Assembly: GCA_951406725.2 (NCBI GenBank)
Contig: OX597831.1
Span: 21,948,001 to 22,012,000, forward strand
Origin: Octopus vulgaris
Taxonomy: Eukaryota
DNA: 64,000 nucleotides
Direction: 5' to 3'
Shown: positions 13,717-27,379 of the stretch, piece after piece
Layout of the letters: every line of letters begins with the position of its first letter
How positions within the stretch are numbered: position 1 is the stretch's first letter
The notes under the pieces: model-generated
Databases searched by the model: none
What the model saw: only the letters and a program-made list of their open reading frames with translations
Told to the model about the DNA's origin: nothing
Made by a program: the position numbers and the translations under genes

Positions 13717-14410
13717 TATTTTGATAATTTACATGTGCAAGATTTGTGAAATTTGGTAGATCATTTATTAAAGAAAATAACATAATGGCAAATAACAAGT
13801 GAATCGTTGAATAGAACTTATGTATTGCACACACTAAAAGCAATCAAACCTGTATAAATATATGATGATTAATAAATGATTAATGAATATAATTTTCTTA
13901 TTTCTCTTGTAATTTTGGTATTTTTCTTTACATAGACTCTCAATAGCAACTTTCAACATGCATGTTTTCCAGCAATAACTCCAATTAGAAAAATCGAATA
14001 TTCATACATACAAACCAATATGTTCTAATTATCGCTAAGTCAAGTAAAACACCTGTTATCATTATTGCCGGTTCTGGTTCTCTAGGGACCTAATAAAATT
14101 ACTCCAGATACAATGTTTATATACATGTTTACGTACAATAGCAGAAAATCAAGCTTAATATTATTAGTTTATCCGCTACTACAGTAATCCCAAGCACCGA
14201 TAAATTTAACCTTCATAAGCCCAATGGGAAGTTGCTAATTATACATAAAGTTTCGAAGCACACATGGAGCGCCTGGTGAAACTTGGTTTCCACTATTACT
14301 AGGTAGATATCTGTTTTGTCTCCAGAGTAGACCAGATTTGTAAGTGCGTCCCAGTACAACAATAAAGCACTGAACTTTGCCGAGGAGATAAAATACTTGC
14401 TGAAGTTTAA

Positions 14411-14768
14411 TAATCCTTTCTACTATAAGCACAAGACCTGAAATTTGTGGGAAGTGGTATAGTTGATCACATCGACTCCACTACTTGATTGTTACTTAAT
14501 TTATTGACCCCGAAAGAATGAAAGGAAAAGTTGACCACGGCGGAATTTGAACTCAAAAGGTAAAGGCGGGCGAAATACCTATTTCTTTACTACCCACAAG
14601 GGGCTAAACACAGAGAGGACAAACAAGGACAGACAAACGGATTAAGTCGATTACATCGACCCCAATGCGTAACTGGTACTTATTTAATCGACCCCGAAAG
14701 GATGAAAGGCAAAGTCGACTTCGGCGGAATTTGAACTCACAAGGTAAAGGCGGGCGAAATACCGCTCT
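14411..14768 (-). mobile_element. SINE family B, two-unit composite
   Basis: Two core units joined at GAAATACCTATTTCTTTACTACCC (+ strand). Confidence 0.8.
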
Positions 14769-15724
14769 TTATTTTGTCCAGTATTGAAGTTTGATGATTC
14801 GAAATGAAAGAAATGAAATGAGTCAAAAGAAATAACTCAAAGTGGCAAGTGATATGTATTTGAACAGCTAACACAAATAAGGATAAATCATATGCCTTGG
14901 ACGATGAATTCTTGATTAACTGAAATTATCTTAACTTCCTGAGAAGATACATAAACGCGTGGTGGAATTGCGACTAACTCTAAATGTAAGGGGGAGATAA
15001 TCTCATGAATCAAGTATTGTTCAAACCTTATATGCCATTAAGAAAAATACTTATGCTTCTAACTCTGCGGTTGATATCAGCCCAGCAGTTACCCAACCTT
15101 ATCGCTAGCAAAACGAAATACTTATACAAAAGAAGAGCAGAACACGTTTAAAGCTTAGACAGTTTGCATAAATGAAAAGAAAAGGAGTTAAAAGAAATTC
15201 CTCAGAGAGGCCGGTGTTTTGTATTCGAGGCATAAGAAAAGTAAGGATATATCAAATGCGATACAAGATAAAATTTTTGATATGATCCAATGGTTTGCAA
15301 TCACGAGGTTTTGGTTTCTGGCTGAGCCTTATATCATGGGTACATATGGCTGTTGAATACCCAACAATGCTAATTCAATGGCCCCGGTAGGTTAGTTTTT
15401 ACGAAAGCTAGAATTGATCGTGATCGTGTGATAAGCGTTTTTCGTCACAGAAAGGCACAGAATCGATGAAGATATTGAAGGAGAAAATTGGGATTCAACT
15501 GATGTGTAGCGTTCATGTAAGTGCAATCTTTTATCGTCTGCTTCTTTCAGTCATTGAAATGCGAAATGCGGCCATGCCTCGGCAAAACCTTCAAGAATTT
15601 AGTCGAAAAATCCACCTCATTAATTATTTGTACAGTGTAGTACTTATCCCTAGCGTTCTCTCTTGCCGAAACACTAGGTTAAGGAGACGTAAACAAACCG
15701 ATTGTCAAGCAGTGGGGCAAGAAC

Positions 15725-15762
<38 letters not shown>

Positions 15763-15891
15763 GAACACACATACATATAGTATATCTTTTGAGCATAAAT
15801 AGATGTATGATTGTTACTGCTTAATATAGAACTCTAAGTATGTTAGAATAATATAGAACTCTCCAAGATATAACTCTACGTAATATAGAAA

Positions 15892-16263
15892 TCTCTCTAT
15901 ATATAAACGGCAGTTTGTCTGTGCGTGTTTCTGTGTGTCTGTCAGGTTGTACCTTCACCCTGATCACGGCTTTCAACCGATTCTGATGAAACTTGACACA
16001 CACATAGCCCAATGTCATAATTCAAAACTAACGCAGCGAAAATTTTGAAAAGTTCCCCCAGTTCTGAAAATAATCGATAAATTCGACATGGGGTCGAGAA
16101 TCAGAAACACAAACCACAGACTGTCTAGAGGACACAACTCGACCTTTTTAACTAAAAAAAAAATTTACCATAATTTTTTTTCCATTTTTTGGCTATAACT
16201 CTCTAAAAATGCTTTATAGTTATTTCCCTTACAAACCCGAGCAACGCCGGGCGATACTGCTAG
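15892..16263 (+). mobile_element. Non-autonomous Helitron
   Basis: 5' TC, 3' hairpin CCCGAGCAACGCCGGG followed by CTAG; inserted between A and T with no TSD. Confidence 0.85.
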
Positions 16264-16276
16264 TCTACGTATAAGA

Positions 16277-16495
16277 GGCGGCGAACTGGCAGAATCGTTA
16301 GCACGCCGGGCGAAATGCTTAGTGGTATTTCGTCTGCCGTTACGTTCTGAGTTCTAACTCCGCCGAGGTCGACTTTACCTTTCATCCTTTCGGGGTCGAT
16401 TAAATAAGTACCAGTTACGTCCTGGGGTCAGTGTAATCGACTTAAACCCTTTGTTTGTCCCCTCTATGTTTAGCCCCCTGTGGGCAATAAATAAA
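16277..16495 (+). mobile_element. SINE family B, full length
   Basis: Head GGCGGCGAACTGGCAGAATCG, B box, core GTCGACTTTACCTTTCATCCTTTCGGGGTCGAT (resembles the Meta/Sauria-SINE-type core), A-rich tail. Confidence 0.85.
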
Positions 16496-17144
16496 TAAAT
16501 ATAGAACTCTACGTATATTACCATTGTCCAGTTTGGTTCAGCAACTACTATACTTAGTAGTATAGGAGTATGTCTACTAGTTATGAGATACTGAGCAAAG
16601 GTAGGAGAATTACGGTAAACGTAAGTATATATTATTTGTTCCTACATATGTTTCGCCATTATAGCTGCTTGGGACACTGCATTGGCTATCGAATACCTTT
16701 AATGTCCCTCGTAACTTAATGCAGTAAGGTGTTCCCTGGTGATCCGTTCTAGTTGAAAATCTAAATGCCCTTGGAACATTCAGTGCCACGTACCAACAAT
16801 CATGATGGTGAATCGTACGTAGGGACAAAAAATATAAACTCATATTTATAGTAATTTCTATCATGGCATCTTGATATATATATATATATAAATTTAACAA
16901 TTAAGGATAACTTCTTAATAAGGAATCTTAACAAGAAATTATCAGGTAGTTAGCGTGAAAAACCTCATAAGAGAAAAAATTCGAAAATAATTTTTTTCAC
17001 TTGAAAATATTAATTTATATTGTATAGAGGGCATTATTACACATAAATACCTCACGCTAAGAGGGACATAAGTCATTACTACCAAAATTTAACTAATCGT
17101 ACCTAATGCAGTTTTCGAAGCAAGACATTTAAAAAACTGAATTT

Positions 17145-17209
17145 AGCTCTATATCACCTGTGATTTCACAATTAATGCATCAAATACGTCTATGTTTATC
17201 AGTAGAACT
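17145..17209 (-). ncRNA. Type I hammerhead motif with C3/A8 mismatch (probably decayed)
   Basis: AGTTCTA-CTGATAA-ACA...TGT-GAAA-TCAC(AG)GTGA-TA-TAGAGCT; 7-bp stem I; lies in a TA-adjacent AT-rich module ~16890-17320. Confidence 0.65.
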
Positions 17210-17339
17210 GATTCTGAACACATCATAAATAAACACCCAACATACCTGGCGAAACCAAACAGACATCTGCTCTCCTCGGCGAAGCACATGGAAATGTTTA
17301 TTCATCATATATTCGTTAAATGGCGGGCTTTCTCGAACT

Positions 17340-17594
17340 GCATGTATATATATATGCGTATGTGTGTGTGTGTGTATGTTTGTGTGTCTTTGTTCGACCC
17401 CCCCCCCCAACATCGCTTGACAACCGATGCTGGTGTGTTTACGTTCCCGTAACTTAGCAGTTCGGCCTAAGAGACCGATAGAATAAGTACTAGGCTTACA
17501 GAGAATAAATCCTGGAGTCGATTTGGTCGACTAAAGGCGGTACTCCAGCATGGCCACAGTCAAATGACTGAAACGAGTAAAGGAGTAAAAAGAG
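17340..17594 (+). mobile_element. SINE family A, 5'-truncated
   Basis: Matches the 3' half of 4380-4804. Confidence 0.8.
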
Positions 17595-17811
17595 AATATA
17601 CTTTAACAGAGCAAGAAGATGGAAGAAATCTGGATAATTCCTACCCCATTTCCTGTTTTGACACACAATCACCCACTTTTTCAAAATATACACTATATAC
17701 ACATCCTCCAAAGAAGTTTTTCCAAGGACTATTACTGAACTCTAAAAGCATAAAGACTCTACAATGGATTGGTATACTTATTTATTAATTTTTGTATATA
17801 TGTGGCTGTGA

Positions 17812-18208
17812 GGCGCAGTAGTGGCTGTGTGGTAAGTACCTTGCCTACCAAACACATGGTTCCGGGTTCAGTCCCACTGCGTGACACCTTGGGCAAGTGT
17901 CTTCTGCTATAGCCCCGGGCCGACCAATGCCTTGTGAGTGGATTTGGTAGACGGAAACTGAAAGAAGCCCGTCGTATATATGTATTTATATGTATATGTA
18001 TGTATGTGTATGTGTTTGTGTGTCTGTGTTTGTACCCCTAGCATTGCTTGACATCCGATGCTGGTGTGTTTACGTCCCCGTCACTTAGCGGTTCGGCAAA
18101 AGAATAAGTACTGGGCTTACAAAGAATAAGTCCCGGGGTCGATTTGCTCGACTAAAGACGGTGCTCCAGCATGGCCGCAGTCAAATGACTGAAACATGTA
18201 AAAGAGAG
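17812..18208 (+). mobile_element. SINE family A, full length
   Basis: Colinear with 4380-4804. Confidence 0.88.
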
Positions 18209-18288
18209 TATGTATTATTATTTTTTTGAAAAAACATTGTAAATTTCTTTTTCCCCTTCCTCAATTTTTAAAAAATGTTTTCCATTTC

Positions 18289-18332
18289 TAAATCTTGAAA
18301 ATTTGCCTTGAGGTGAAAACCGGTTTGATTTA
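18289..18332 (+). ncRNA. Minimal type I hammerhead motif (U3-A8 variant, weak stem II)
   Basis: TAAATC-TTGAAAA-ttt-GCC(TTGA)GGT-GAAA-ACCGGT-TT-GATTTA; perfect 6-bp stem I, AACCGGTT palindrome. Confidence 0.6.
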
Positions 18333-18466
18333 TTTTTTATTTTTTAATTCTTCATACACTCATTTTAATTAAAATTTACTTTCAATTTAGCATCCTGCCT
18401 TCTAATTTTTTCCTTTCCTATCATTTCTCCATGTACGGTTAACACAACCCCACTATTTACTGATTT

Positions 18467-18545
<79 letters not shown>

Positions 18546-19884
18546 CATAATCAAAATAAGCAACAAGGATACACACACACACACACACACACACAATAGG
18601 CCTCTGTTCAGTTTGTGTCTACTAAATTCACTTGCAAGGCAAAGATGCAGTTGAAGACAGACATTTGCCCGAGGAGTTCCACAATGCGTGCGAACCCGAG
18701 ATCGCGTGGTTGCAGAGCGAGATTTTTCACCACACAGCCATGCCAGCGTAAGATGAGACCGAAGAGGAGAAACTTCTGATACAAGCCGTATGAAATGAAA
18801 GAGATCCAACACAAATGAAAGGAAACAATAGATTGAAATGGACTATGGACTAAAATGAATTTATAATAGAGAGCATCAAAAGACCGTATAAAGATATGCG
18901 TTTCTATTTAAAACCTAAATTAACGAAATGATAACAAAATTAAAAAATAATTCAAGCAAAATACACAAATGTATTATTGTGTATAACTAAATATGTATGT
19001 TAATTGTGTAAATTTAATTCTTGGAAAACAAATATATTAGCAGATAAAATCCTTTCTCCATTTGAAATTGTATACACTTCCATTTGATGTAATTAAATGA
19101 TTTTAATTGGAAATGCGAATAATTGCTAATCATTTTATCACGGAAAAGATATTTTATATTGTTATACGATTCGAAGATTTTTTAAATTAAAATTTTTGAA
19201 AAATGGTATTTTTTCCCCGGTGGAAATAAGTAATCGAACTGTTTTAATGTTGAAATAATTATCTTTTGTTTGTTTCAACTCTAAGCTGCTTCCATTTTCA
19301 ATAGTTTTGGAAAATGATTAAATCATTTATTTATTTAAATTTACAAACGTTTTTTTTTTTCAAAATGTAATATAATCGTAATATCCGGCTAACAAGTTGA
19401 TGTAGTACAACACCAGAGTTGAAGGCACTTCCGAAAGCCCCCCCCCCCCCACCGCCACGTCAAAACGGTAGAGGAGTAGCGGCCGAAACCGGACATGGTT
19501 CCTCTTGATGATGTCTTGAGCTAACTGGATCCTATAAAGGAGCTGTTGTGGTAGCAGACCACGAAACACGGTTGAAATTCCTGTGTAAAAATATGTATTT
19601 TAAACATTCAAGTAATGAAGGGATCTTTCCAAATACAATATTCCACATAGAATTTCTGGTTCCGTAAAATCGTTTTGGGGTATAAAACGACCTACCCTCT
19701 TCTGCTGTAAATTTTGCTCTGAAAAACTCCACTTGCATACTGGAAGAAACGGTTCACAGAGGACGCCGAAAAACCTCCCACGCTTTACAGGCTAAGTGTT
19801 TTAAGAGCAAACGTAAAATGTATACAGGCTAAAATTTTGATGTAATTAAATAAACGGTAAAACATTTACTTCATGAATACATTA

Positions 19885-20808
19885 TTGGTTTCAAATTTTG
19901 GCACAAGGCCAGGAACTTTATGGAATGGTGTAAGTCGGTTATATCGACCGCAGTACTCAACTGGTACTTATTTTTGACGCCGGCGAAATTTGAACTCAGA
20001 ACGTAATGCAGACAGACGAAACACGCTAAGTATTTTCCCCGGCATGCTAACAAATTTTTTCTTCTCTAGGCACAAGGCCCGAAATTTTGGGGAGGGAGGC
20101 TCAGTCGATTAGATCGACTCCAGTACGCAACTGGTACTTCATTTATCGACTCCGAAAGGATATAAGACAAAGTCGACCTCGGCGGTATTTATACTCAGAA
20201 CGTAACGGCAGACGAAGTACCTATTTCTTTACTACCCACAAAGGGGCTAAACACAGAGGGGACAAACAAGGACAGACAAAAGGATCAATTCGATTAGATC
20301 GACCCCAGTGCGTAACTGGTACTTAATTTATCGACCCCGAAAGGATGAAAGGCAAAGTCGACCTCGGCGGAATTTGAACTCAGAAGGTAGAGGCAGACGA
20401 AATACCTATTTGTTTATTACCCACAAGGGGCTAAACATAGAGGGGACAAACAAGGACAGACATAGGTATTAAGTCGATTACATCGACCCCAGTGCGTAAC
20501 TGGTACTTAATTTATCGACCCCGAAAGGATGAAAGTCGACCTCGGCGCAATTTGAACTCAGAACGTAGAGGCAGACGAAATACCTATTTCTTTACTACCC
20601 CCAAAGGGGCTAAACACAGAGGGGACAAACAAGAACAGACAAACGGATTAAGTCGATTATATCGACCCCAGTGCGTAACTGGTACCTAATTTATCGACCC
20701 CGAAAGGATGAAAGGCAAAGTCGACCTCGGCGGAATTTGAACTCAGAACGTAGAGGCAGACGAAATACCGCTAAGCATTTCGCCCGGCGTGCAAACGATT
20801 CTGCCAGT
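19885..20808 (-). mobile_element. SINE family B cluster, including a four-unit head-to-tail array (20060-20808)
   Basis: ~180-bp units repeat with the same junction; only the rightmost unit keeps most of the tRNA head. Confidence 0.88.
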
Positions 20809-20949
20809 TAATTCTGCTAATCAATAGAGTATTAATTATTCATTGAATAATTAAAAGAAAGAATTAATTAATATATAGCCACCCCTAATACATTACTTAT
20901 GTCTTGTATTCTTTTTGTCATGTATTTCTTATTCTCTTCATTTAGTTCG

Positions 20950-21692
20950 CTGCAAACTGTTGATATTTCCACCGTGCAGTATTGACTAATAATTACCAAA
21001 ACAGCCGAAATCTCCGAACTAGGTGTTTCAGCAGCATCGTATTTGGACTTGTATCGTTCCTTGACCTTCTCAATTCTTTGGTTTCTATGATCAGGAATTT
21101 CGTTTTATCAAATCTTGAGGCATAAACAGGTTAAACATTTCCAAATTTGATTTTGGATTCCTTGTAACGCCAATCAGACTCGGTTTTCCCTAATAGTACG
21201 TTCTTGAATCCACGTCGCTCATTCAACTCGCGACTTTGCACGCAGGACACCTTCTCCAGCATCATTTTCCACTATTCTTATCAGAACTTGATATCACTTG
21301 CTCTGTCTCGGAGTCAAGGTCATCTTCCTCAATCAATTCTTCAAATTAAGAATCACTGAATTCATTCTCAAAGTCAGAAAGGTCTGAATCGCTTTCCAGC
21401 AATTCTAGCACACGTTTTGATGCCATTTTTGAGCCCCGAGAAAGTAAAATTTATAAGTAAAATAATCTAACATTCAGAGTCTAAATGGGTCAAAATGACA
21501 GATATATAAATCCTAGCTCATTGGAGAACAACTGCCAGAAAAAATTTTTTTTTCCAATTTACCACATGCTTATCCCTCTAAGAGAGGCAGCTAGAGGAAA
21601 GGATAGGCAACTTCAACAAACAGCGAAAAAATTATGGCGAAAAATGTACCTTCATAGGTAAAAATGACCCATTTCGACCCGAAAAAGGCTAA
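20950..21692 (-). mobile_element. piggyBac-like transposon 5' end and transposase N-terminus, decayed
   Basis: Acidic N-terminus MASKRVLELLESDSDLSDFENEFSD, then LEMFNLFMPQDLINEI; terminus TTAG-CCTTTT resembles TTAA-CCC, with subterminal GGGTCA...TGACCC repeats. Confidence 0.6.
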
Positions 21693-22726
21693 AAAAATAA
21701 CACACACCAAACGACATCTGCACACTCCAAGATACCGGTATATCAACTTAATTTCACCTCCTCAGTGACAGATACCGTATCGGTTCCTTGAAGATGGCTG
21801 GAAACTTCTGTTCTTATATAGAACTCTACGAACAAAACATTTGCTGATGTATGCTAAGTTGTTCATCGAGGTAAAATTCCAAAGCGAATGCCATTTCTAC
21901 GTTTGAATTCGTAGTATAGTATTATAAATTGAAGTACACACTATAATTTTGATACGCGCTGTTTCGTGTACATATACAAATTAAATAAATAAATGATTAA
22001 AGCATAGAATGACCAAGTAAAGACTGACCCATTCTTATTAGAGTAGAAGAAATATGAATCAGACAAACTTTGGCGTCACTTCAATTTAAACGACATTACG
22101 CTAACAATGAAACCGTTGACCCATGAGCAAGCGAAAGCTTAAAATCAATAATTTTAGGTTCACAGTAGAAGCAATAAAGCTTGAATTCGACGAATGATCT
22201 GCAAAATATCACGTACGTTATGTTATGTATTCTAACGATTTATTAGCAGAGAGAATTTGCAGAATTAAATGCTAGGTTTTGTTACATTTAGCTACTGTAA
22301 TTTATCAACAACAGAAGATCAAAAAATTATATTTATATAAAGAAGGTGAGTGAAATATATAAGCAGATATAAATAATAGAGGACAAGTCGTAATCTTATT
22401 ATTTCTGATGTGAGTAAATTCAGATACAATAAATAATAATAAAAGTAAATAAGGGATATATTGGAAACATGCAAGTATATTAGGAAATACATACACACAT
22501 ACATACATACATATATACATATATACATATATACAAATGTACATTTATACATACATACAATATGCATATGTAAGTTTAATAACTAACATCAAACATAAAA
22601 ACATTAAAATCTCTGGGAATCAAATATGCATAAAACGAAACGGACACATCCACACACTCACACACACACATATACATACGTACACACGCACGCATGCACA
22701 CACACACTCATATATACACACACACT

Positions 22727-22784
<58 letters not shown>

Positions 22785-23104
22785 TAGATACGTACATACG
22801 TGTATATATTGAAACATAGATAAGTACATACATGCCTAACTTTATATATATATATGTATATTTATATTATATATACACTCACGCAAACACACACACACAC
22901 ACACACATGCATGCATTCACGTTGCCGGGCAGAGTTGATTGAAACAGTTGAAATGAATAATATAAAGAAAAATAGGCAATAAAATCAGTAGGAACTGGAA
23001 ATTGCATGTTGTTTGCTAATAAGCATATTCAATCCAAGTGAAATAAATCACCATTTCATATCGTTAAATAAATCCAACATCTGTATGAGATCCAAATATA
23101 TACA

Positions 23105-23227
<123 letters not shown>

Positions 23228-23230
23228 ATA

Positions 23231-24038
23231 CTAGCAGCATAGCCCGGCGTTGCCCGGGTATGTAAGAGCCCCTAGTAGGCAACGACTAATCCCAATCTAG
23301 TCCTTTCCCTCTAGCGAACGAAGGCGCATGTGTAGGTTGCAATGTCTTCTCTTCACTCCCAAATAACTATCAAACAGCTATCGGTAATTCAACCCAACCA
23401 ATTCCTACCAGGAAGAAGTTACATTCGAGACTTTACCCCCGACACCGCCACTTCTGCTAATAGCTGCTGCAGCCACAAGTTATTCGAATACTTTTTTTGT
23501 TTACACTTTCTTTATAACTATCACCCCAAACGTTTTACCTTAAATTTTTGATGTACCCTAAGGGTCCTCGGACGCTACTTGCAAACACTTGGTTTATTAT
23601 GAACCGCTTTTGTCGTGTGCACCAAAAAAACCTTTTCCATTCGTTTGTTCAGTTTGGTCACTTTTGACTTTTTCGTTGTTGTCACTCACATTGCTGCCCG
23701 CTTTTTTGCCGTTTTTGTACATTTTTATACATTTTGGGATACTTACCCCACATGTTCCGAGAGTTAAAAAAGTCGAGTTGCGCCCCCTAGACAGTCTGTA
23801 GAAAATGTGTTGCATATAAAAAGCTTAGATTCTCGACCCATGTCGAATTTATCGATTTTGTTTCAGAACTGGGGGAACTTTTCAAAATTTTCGCTGCGTT
23901 AGTTTTGAATTATGACATTGGGCTATGTGTGTGTCAAGTTTCATCAGAATCGGTTGAAAGCCGTGGTCAGGGTGAGGGTACAACCTGACAGACACACAGA
24001 CACACAGACAGACAAACTGCCGTTTATATATAGAGAGA
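23231..24038 (-). mobile_element. Non-autonomous Helitron
   Basis: 5' TCTCTCTATATATAAACGGCAG shared with 15892; 3' CCCGGGCAACGCCGGG hairpin plus CTAG; A/T insertion site. Confidence 0.85.
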
Positions 24039-24060
24039 TATATATGCATGTATATATATG

Positions 24061-24094
<34 letters not shown>

Positions 24095-24648
24095 TGTAGG
24101 TAAGCATGATCCAGGGATCCCAGTGTAGCGAAATTACGACAATGAAATGTAACTCGCAGCAAGATATTTACCAATCTTAGCGAAATTCTGATGTATATTC
24201 CAAAAATTAATATAATGTACATGTGTATGGTTGCATATATATGTGCACATATGGGCATGTGTGTGTGTGCATGTATGTGTTTCACGCGAGTGTGAGTTAG
24301 CATATGTACGTGGTGTGCGTCAGTGCATGTGTATGTATGTACATGCGCGCATACGCGAATTCTATGAGGGTTTTCCCTTTATTTAACGGTCATATTAATG
24401 GCTCCTTTGTTTGTCTGAATAACGTTCATTTTCATAGTAATTTCCCTTTGATTAACGGTCATTTTCATAGTTTATGTTTGTCTTAATAACTGACAAGATG
24501 CCGGAGCAGTCTTCCACCCCAACATCTAAAACTCAGAGTTTTATTATGGCAACCGAATAATTGTCACATATTATATTACAGATAAATTCCTCTATTTACA
24601 TAATTACATTCTATTTACATGCTTTCTTTTGTCGTCATACTATTACCA

Positions 24649-24704
<56 letters not shown>

Positions 24705-24708
<4 letters not shown>

Positions 24709-25461
24709 TCAATAAATGGTGGGGTTGTGTTGACCGCACGTGGAGAAATGATAAGCAAGGAAAAATTGTAAAAATGCAGAATGCTAAATTGAAAGAAAAT
24801 TTTAATGAATTGAGAAATTGAAAAAATATATAAATATATATTTATTCAAACCGGTTTTCGTCATAGTGTGACTTATCAAGAATAGTTATGTAAAAAAAGG
24901 GTTTTTTTTAAATGAGAAAGGGGAAAAAAAAAAAGAAATTTGCATTGTTTTTTGCAAAAGAATAATAATAAATATGTACAAAAATTAAAAAATAAATACT
25001 CCGATACATTGTGAGTTCGTTGTGTATCTTGAGTTTAATGATTGTTCACGAAAAAGTTACCTTGAGGTGTTAGGATCCAATGGGATTAAGACCATGTGTT
25101 TTTTGGTTTAATTAAGGATGTTGGCAAAAACAGGAAGTAGTAGTAATTGTGGTTCTTCAGTTCCTGTGTTGTGAATAAGGGGAGACAACTCTTTTGAGTT
25201 CTTCAATTTTTGTTTCACAAAATCCCCTGTAATAAAGGCTGCTAATAAACCCCAAATTATAAAATTATCATTTTAGCTTCATTTGTATTATCTTTTTTAT
25301 ATAATTGTTTGTTAACTTAACTTTCAGATTTTAACACTTTATTTATATTATTTTCTAATTATATAAATTTGCATAGACCAATTTATAATTACATTTCAGA
25401 ATTATTTTCTTTCAATTTTCTTTCAATTTAGCATTCTGCATTTTTACAATTTTTCCTTGCC
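24705..25461 (-). mobile_element. (TA)n-bounded PLE-derived module with inverted repeat 24755-24801 / 25414-25460
   Basis: ~47-bp inverted repeat, internal hammerhead motif, TA runs on both sides. Confidence 0.7.
24843..24884 (-). ncRNA. Minimal type I hammerhead motif (U3-A8 variant)
   Basis: TATTC-TTGATAA-GTCA(CACTA)TGAC-GAAA-ACCGGT-TT-GAATA; all three stems pair; AACCGGTT palindrome. Confidence 0.75.
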
Positions 25462-25562
25462 TATATATATATATATATATATATAGGACGCCATGATAGA
25501 TCGTTAGCTCCTACACGCACTTTTTTCTCTCCTAGTTTCTCTCCTTGTATTATTTTGTATCC

Positions 25563-25598
25563 CTTTCTGTCGAAGAGTGTAGGCTCGAAACGTAAAAG
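25563..25598 (+). ncRNA. Hammerhead-like motif with A6->U core variant in a (TA)n-bounded module (25485-25700)
   Basis: CTTT-CTGTCGA-A-GAGT(GTAG)GCTC-GAAA-CG-TA-AAAG; ACGT palindrome. Confidence 0.5.
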
Positions 25599-25702
25599 AC
25601 TTTTTCTATTTCTATTCCTGAGCGCTATACTAATACATTTGTTTGTTTGTACTCCACCTGCCTTCGTCTTTTGTTTATTTTCGTAAACTTTCCCGTTATA
25701 AA

Positions 25703-25774
<72 letters not shown>

Positions 25775-26062
25775 CATATACATGCATACTTACTTACATA
25801 TATGTGTGTGTGTGTAGTTGTGCGTATGAGTGAGAGATAGCTAGATAGCGATAGAGAGAGTGAAAGTGTGTGTTTGTGTGTCTGTGTGTGTGTGTCTGTG
25901 TGTGTGTGTCTGTGTGTATGTGCAATACACAAACTCGACAATGAATATGCATAACCTAGATGACCCAGATGAAAGATTATGGAATTTGAACTCAGAATGT
26001 GAAGACGGACGAAATGCTATGCATATTGCCAGGAGTGCTAACGATTTTGCCAGCTCACTCTT

Positions 26063-26131
<69 letters not shown>

Positions 26132-26136
26132 CAGCA

Positions 26137-26169
<33 letters not shown>

Positions 26170-26180
26170 GCAGCAGTAGC

Positions 26181-26226
<46 letters not shown>
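26063..26226. repeat. Compound (AGT)n(AGC)n(AGT)n microsatellite
   Basis: Seen directly. Confidence 0.97.
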
Positions 26227-27379
26227 ATTCCAGTATTACTTTGATGAAATGCATTGCTCTCAATAATAATAATACAAAATAAAAATGGTTTCAAATTTTG
26301 GCACAAGGCCAGTAGCTTCAGGCGAGGGGTTAAGTGGATTACATCAATCCTAGTGCTCAGCTGGTCCTTATTTTAACGACACTCAAAATCAACATTGGTG
26401 GAATGTGAACTCAGTACATAAAGAAAGACCAAATATCTCTAAACATCTTGTTTCTGGGCCAATGATTCTGTCAGGTTGTCACCTTAGATTAATAATACTA
26501 TTAGCAATCACGATTTCTCTTATTTGTTTGAGGGGTTTTAATTTGAAGAAACATTGCAAGGGACATTTTAGAATTTGTGTGAAAGGATTTGCATAAAAAC
26601 GTGAGAGGAAGAAGGGGATAAGAACCAGGACCGAGTTTTATAACAAACAATATAAATCCAATTTATAGTCAAATCGCCAACGTTTTAGCAAACATCACAA
26701 GAAAATTTACGAAAACGGCCGGAGTTTGCATAAGATCACGTGTGAGATCTCAAGCATGAATGAACATAATCTAATTAAGAATAATGATTTCAAATTTTCG
26801 CACAAAGCCAGTGATAATCTAAGTAAGAAAAATGAAATGAAACATTATATATGTAGGTTACCACCTCGAAGCCATTAAAAAGACCCGCCACAAATGGTGT
26901 TTGAGAAACTGTCAGATTGAATTAGTAGCTATATGTGAATAGTAATTATTCTGTATTTGAACAGAAAGAAAGAAAATAGAAAATTTAAATTCAATTAAAG
27001 AAGTATAATATATTTTCATTTTGTATTTGATTTGCTAGAGTCTTGGTGTGAACTCGTGTTTTAAAACAGATTTGTTGTGTCTCAGGAGATTGTGATGCTA
27101 ATAAAAAACACACGCGCCAGTGGATGTACCGTTACCGCTCTGGCAAAGTTACCTAGCGGCATTTCGTCTGTCTTTACTTTCTGAGATCAAATTCCACCGA
27201 GGTCAACTTTACCTTTCATTGATCACTGGAGTGGAGGTAATCGATTTTACCGTCCCTCGAAAATTGCTGCCCTTGTGTCAACATAAGAAATGATTATTAT
27301 TAAACAGTTTATGAAGCGAGCTGGCAGAATCGCTACCGCATCGGACAAGATGTTTAGCGACATTTCTTCCGGCTTTACT

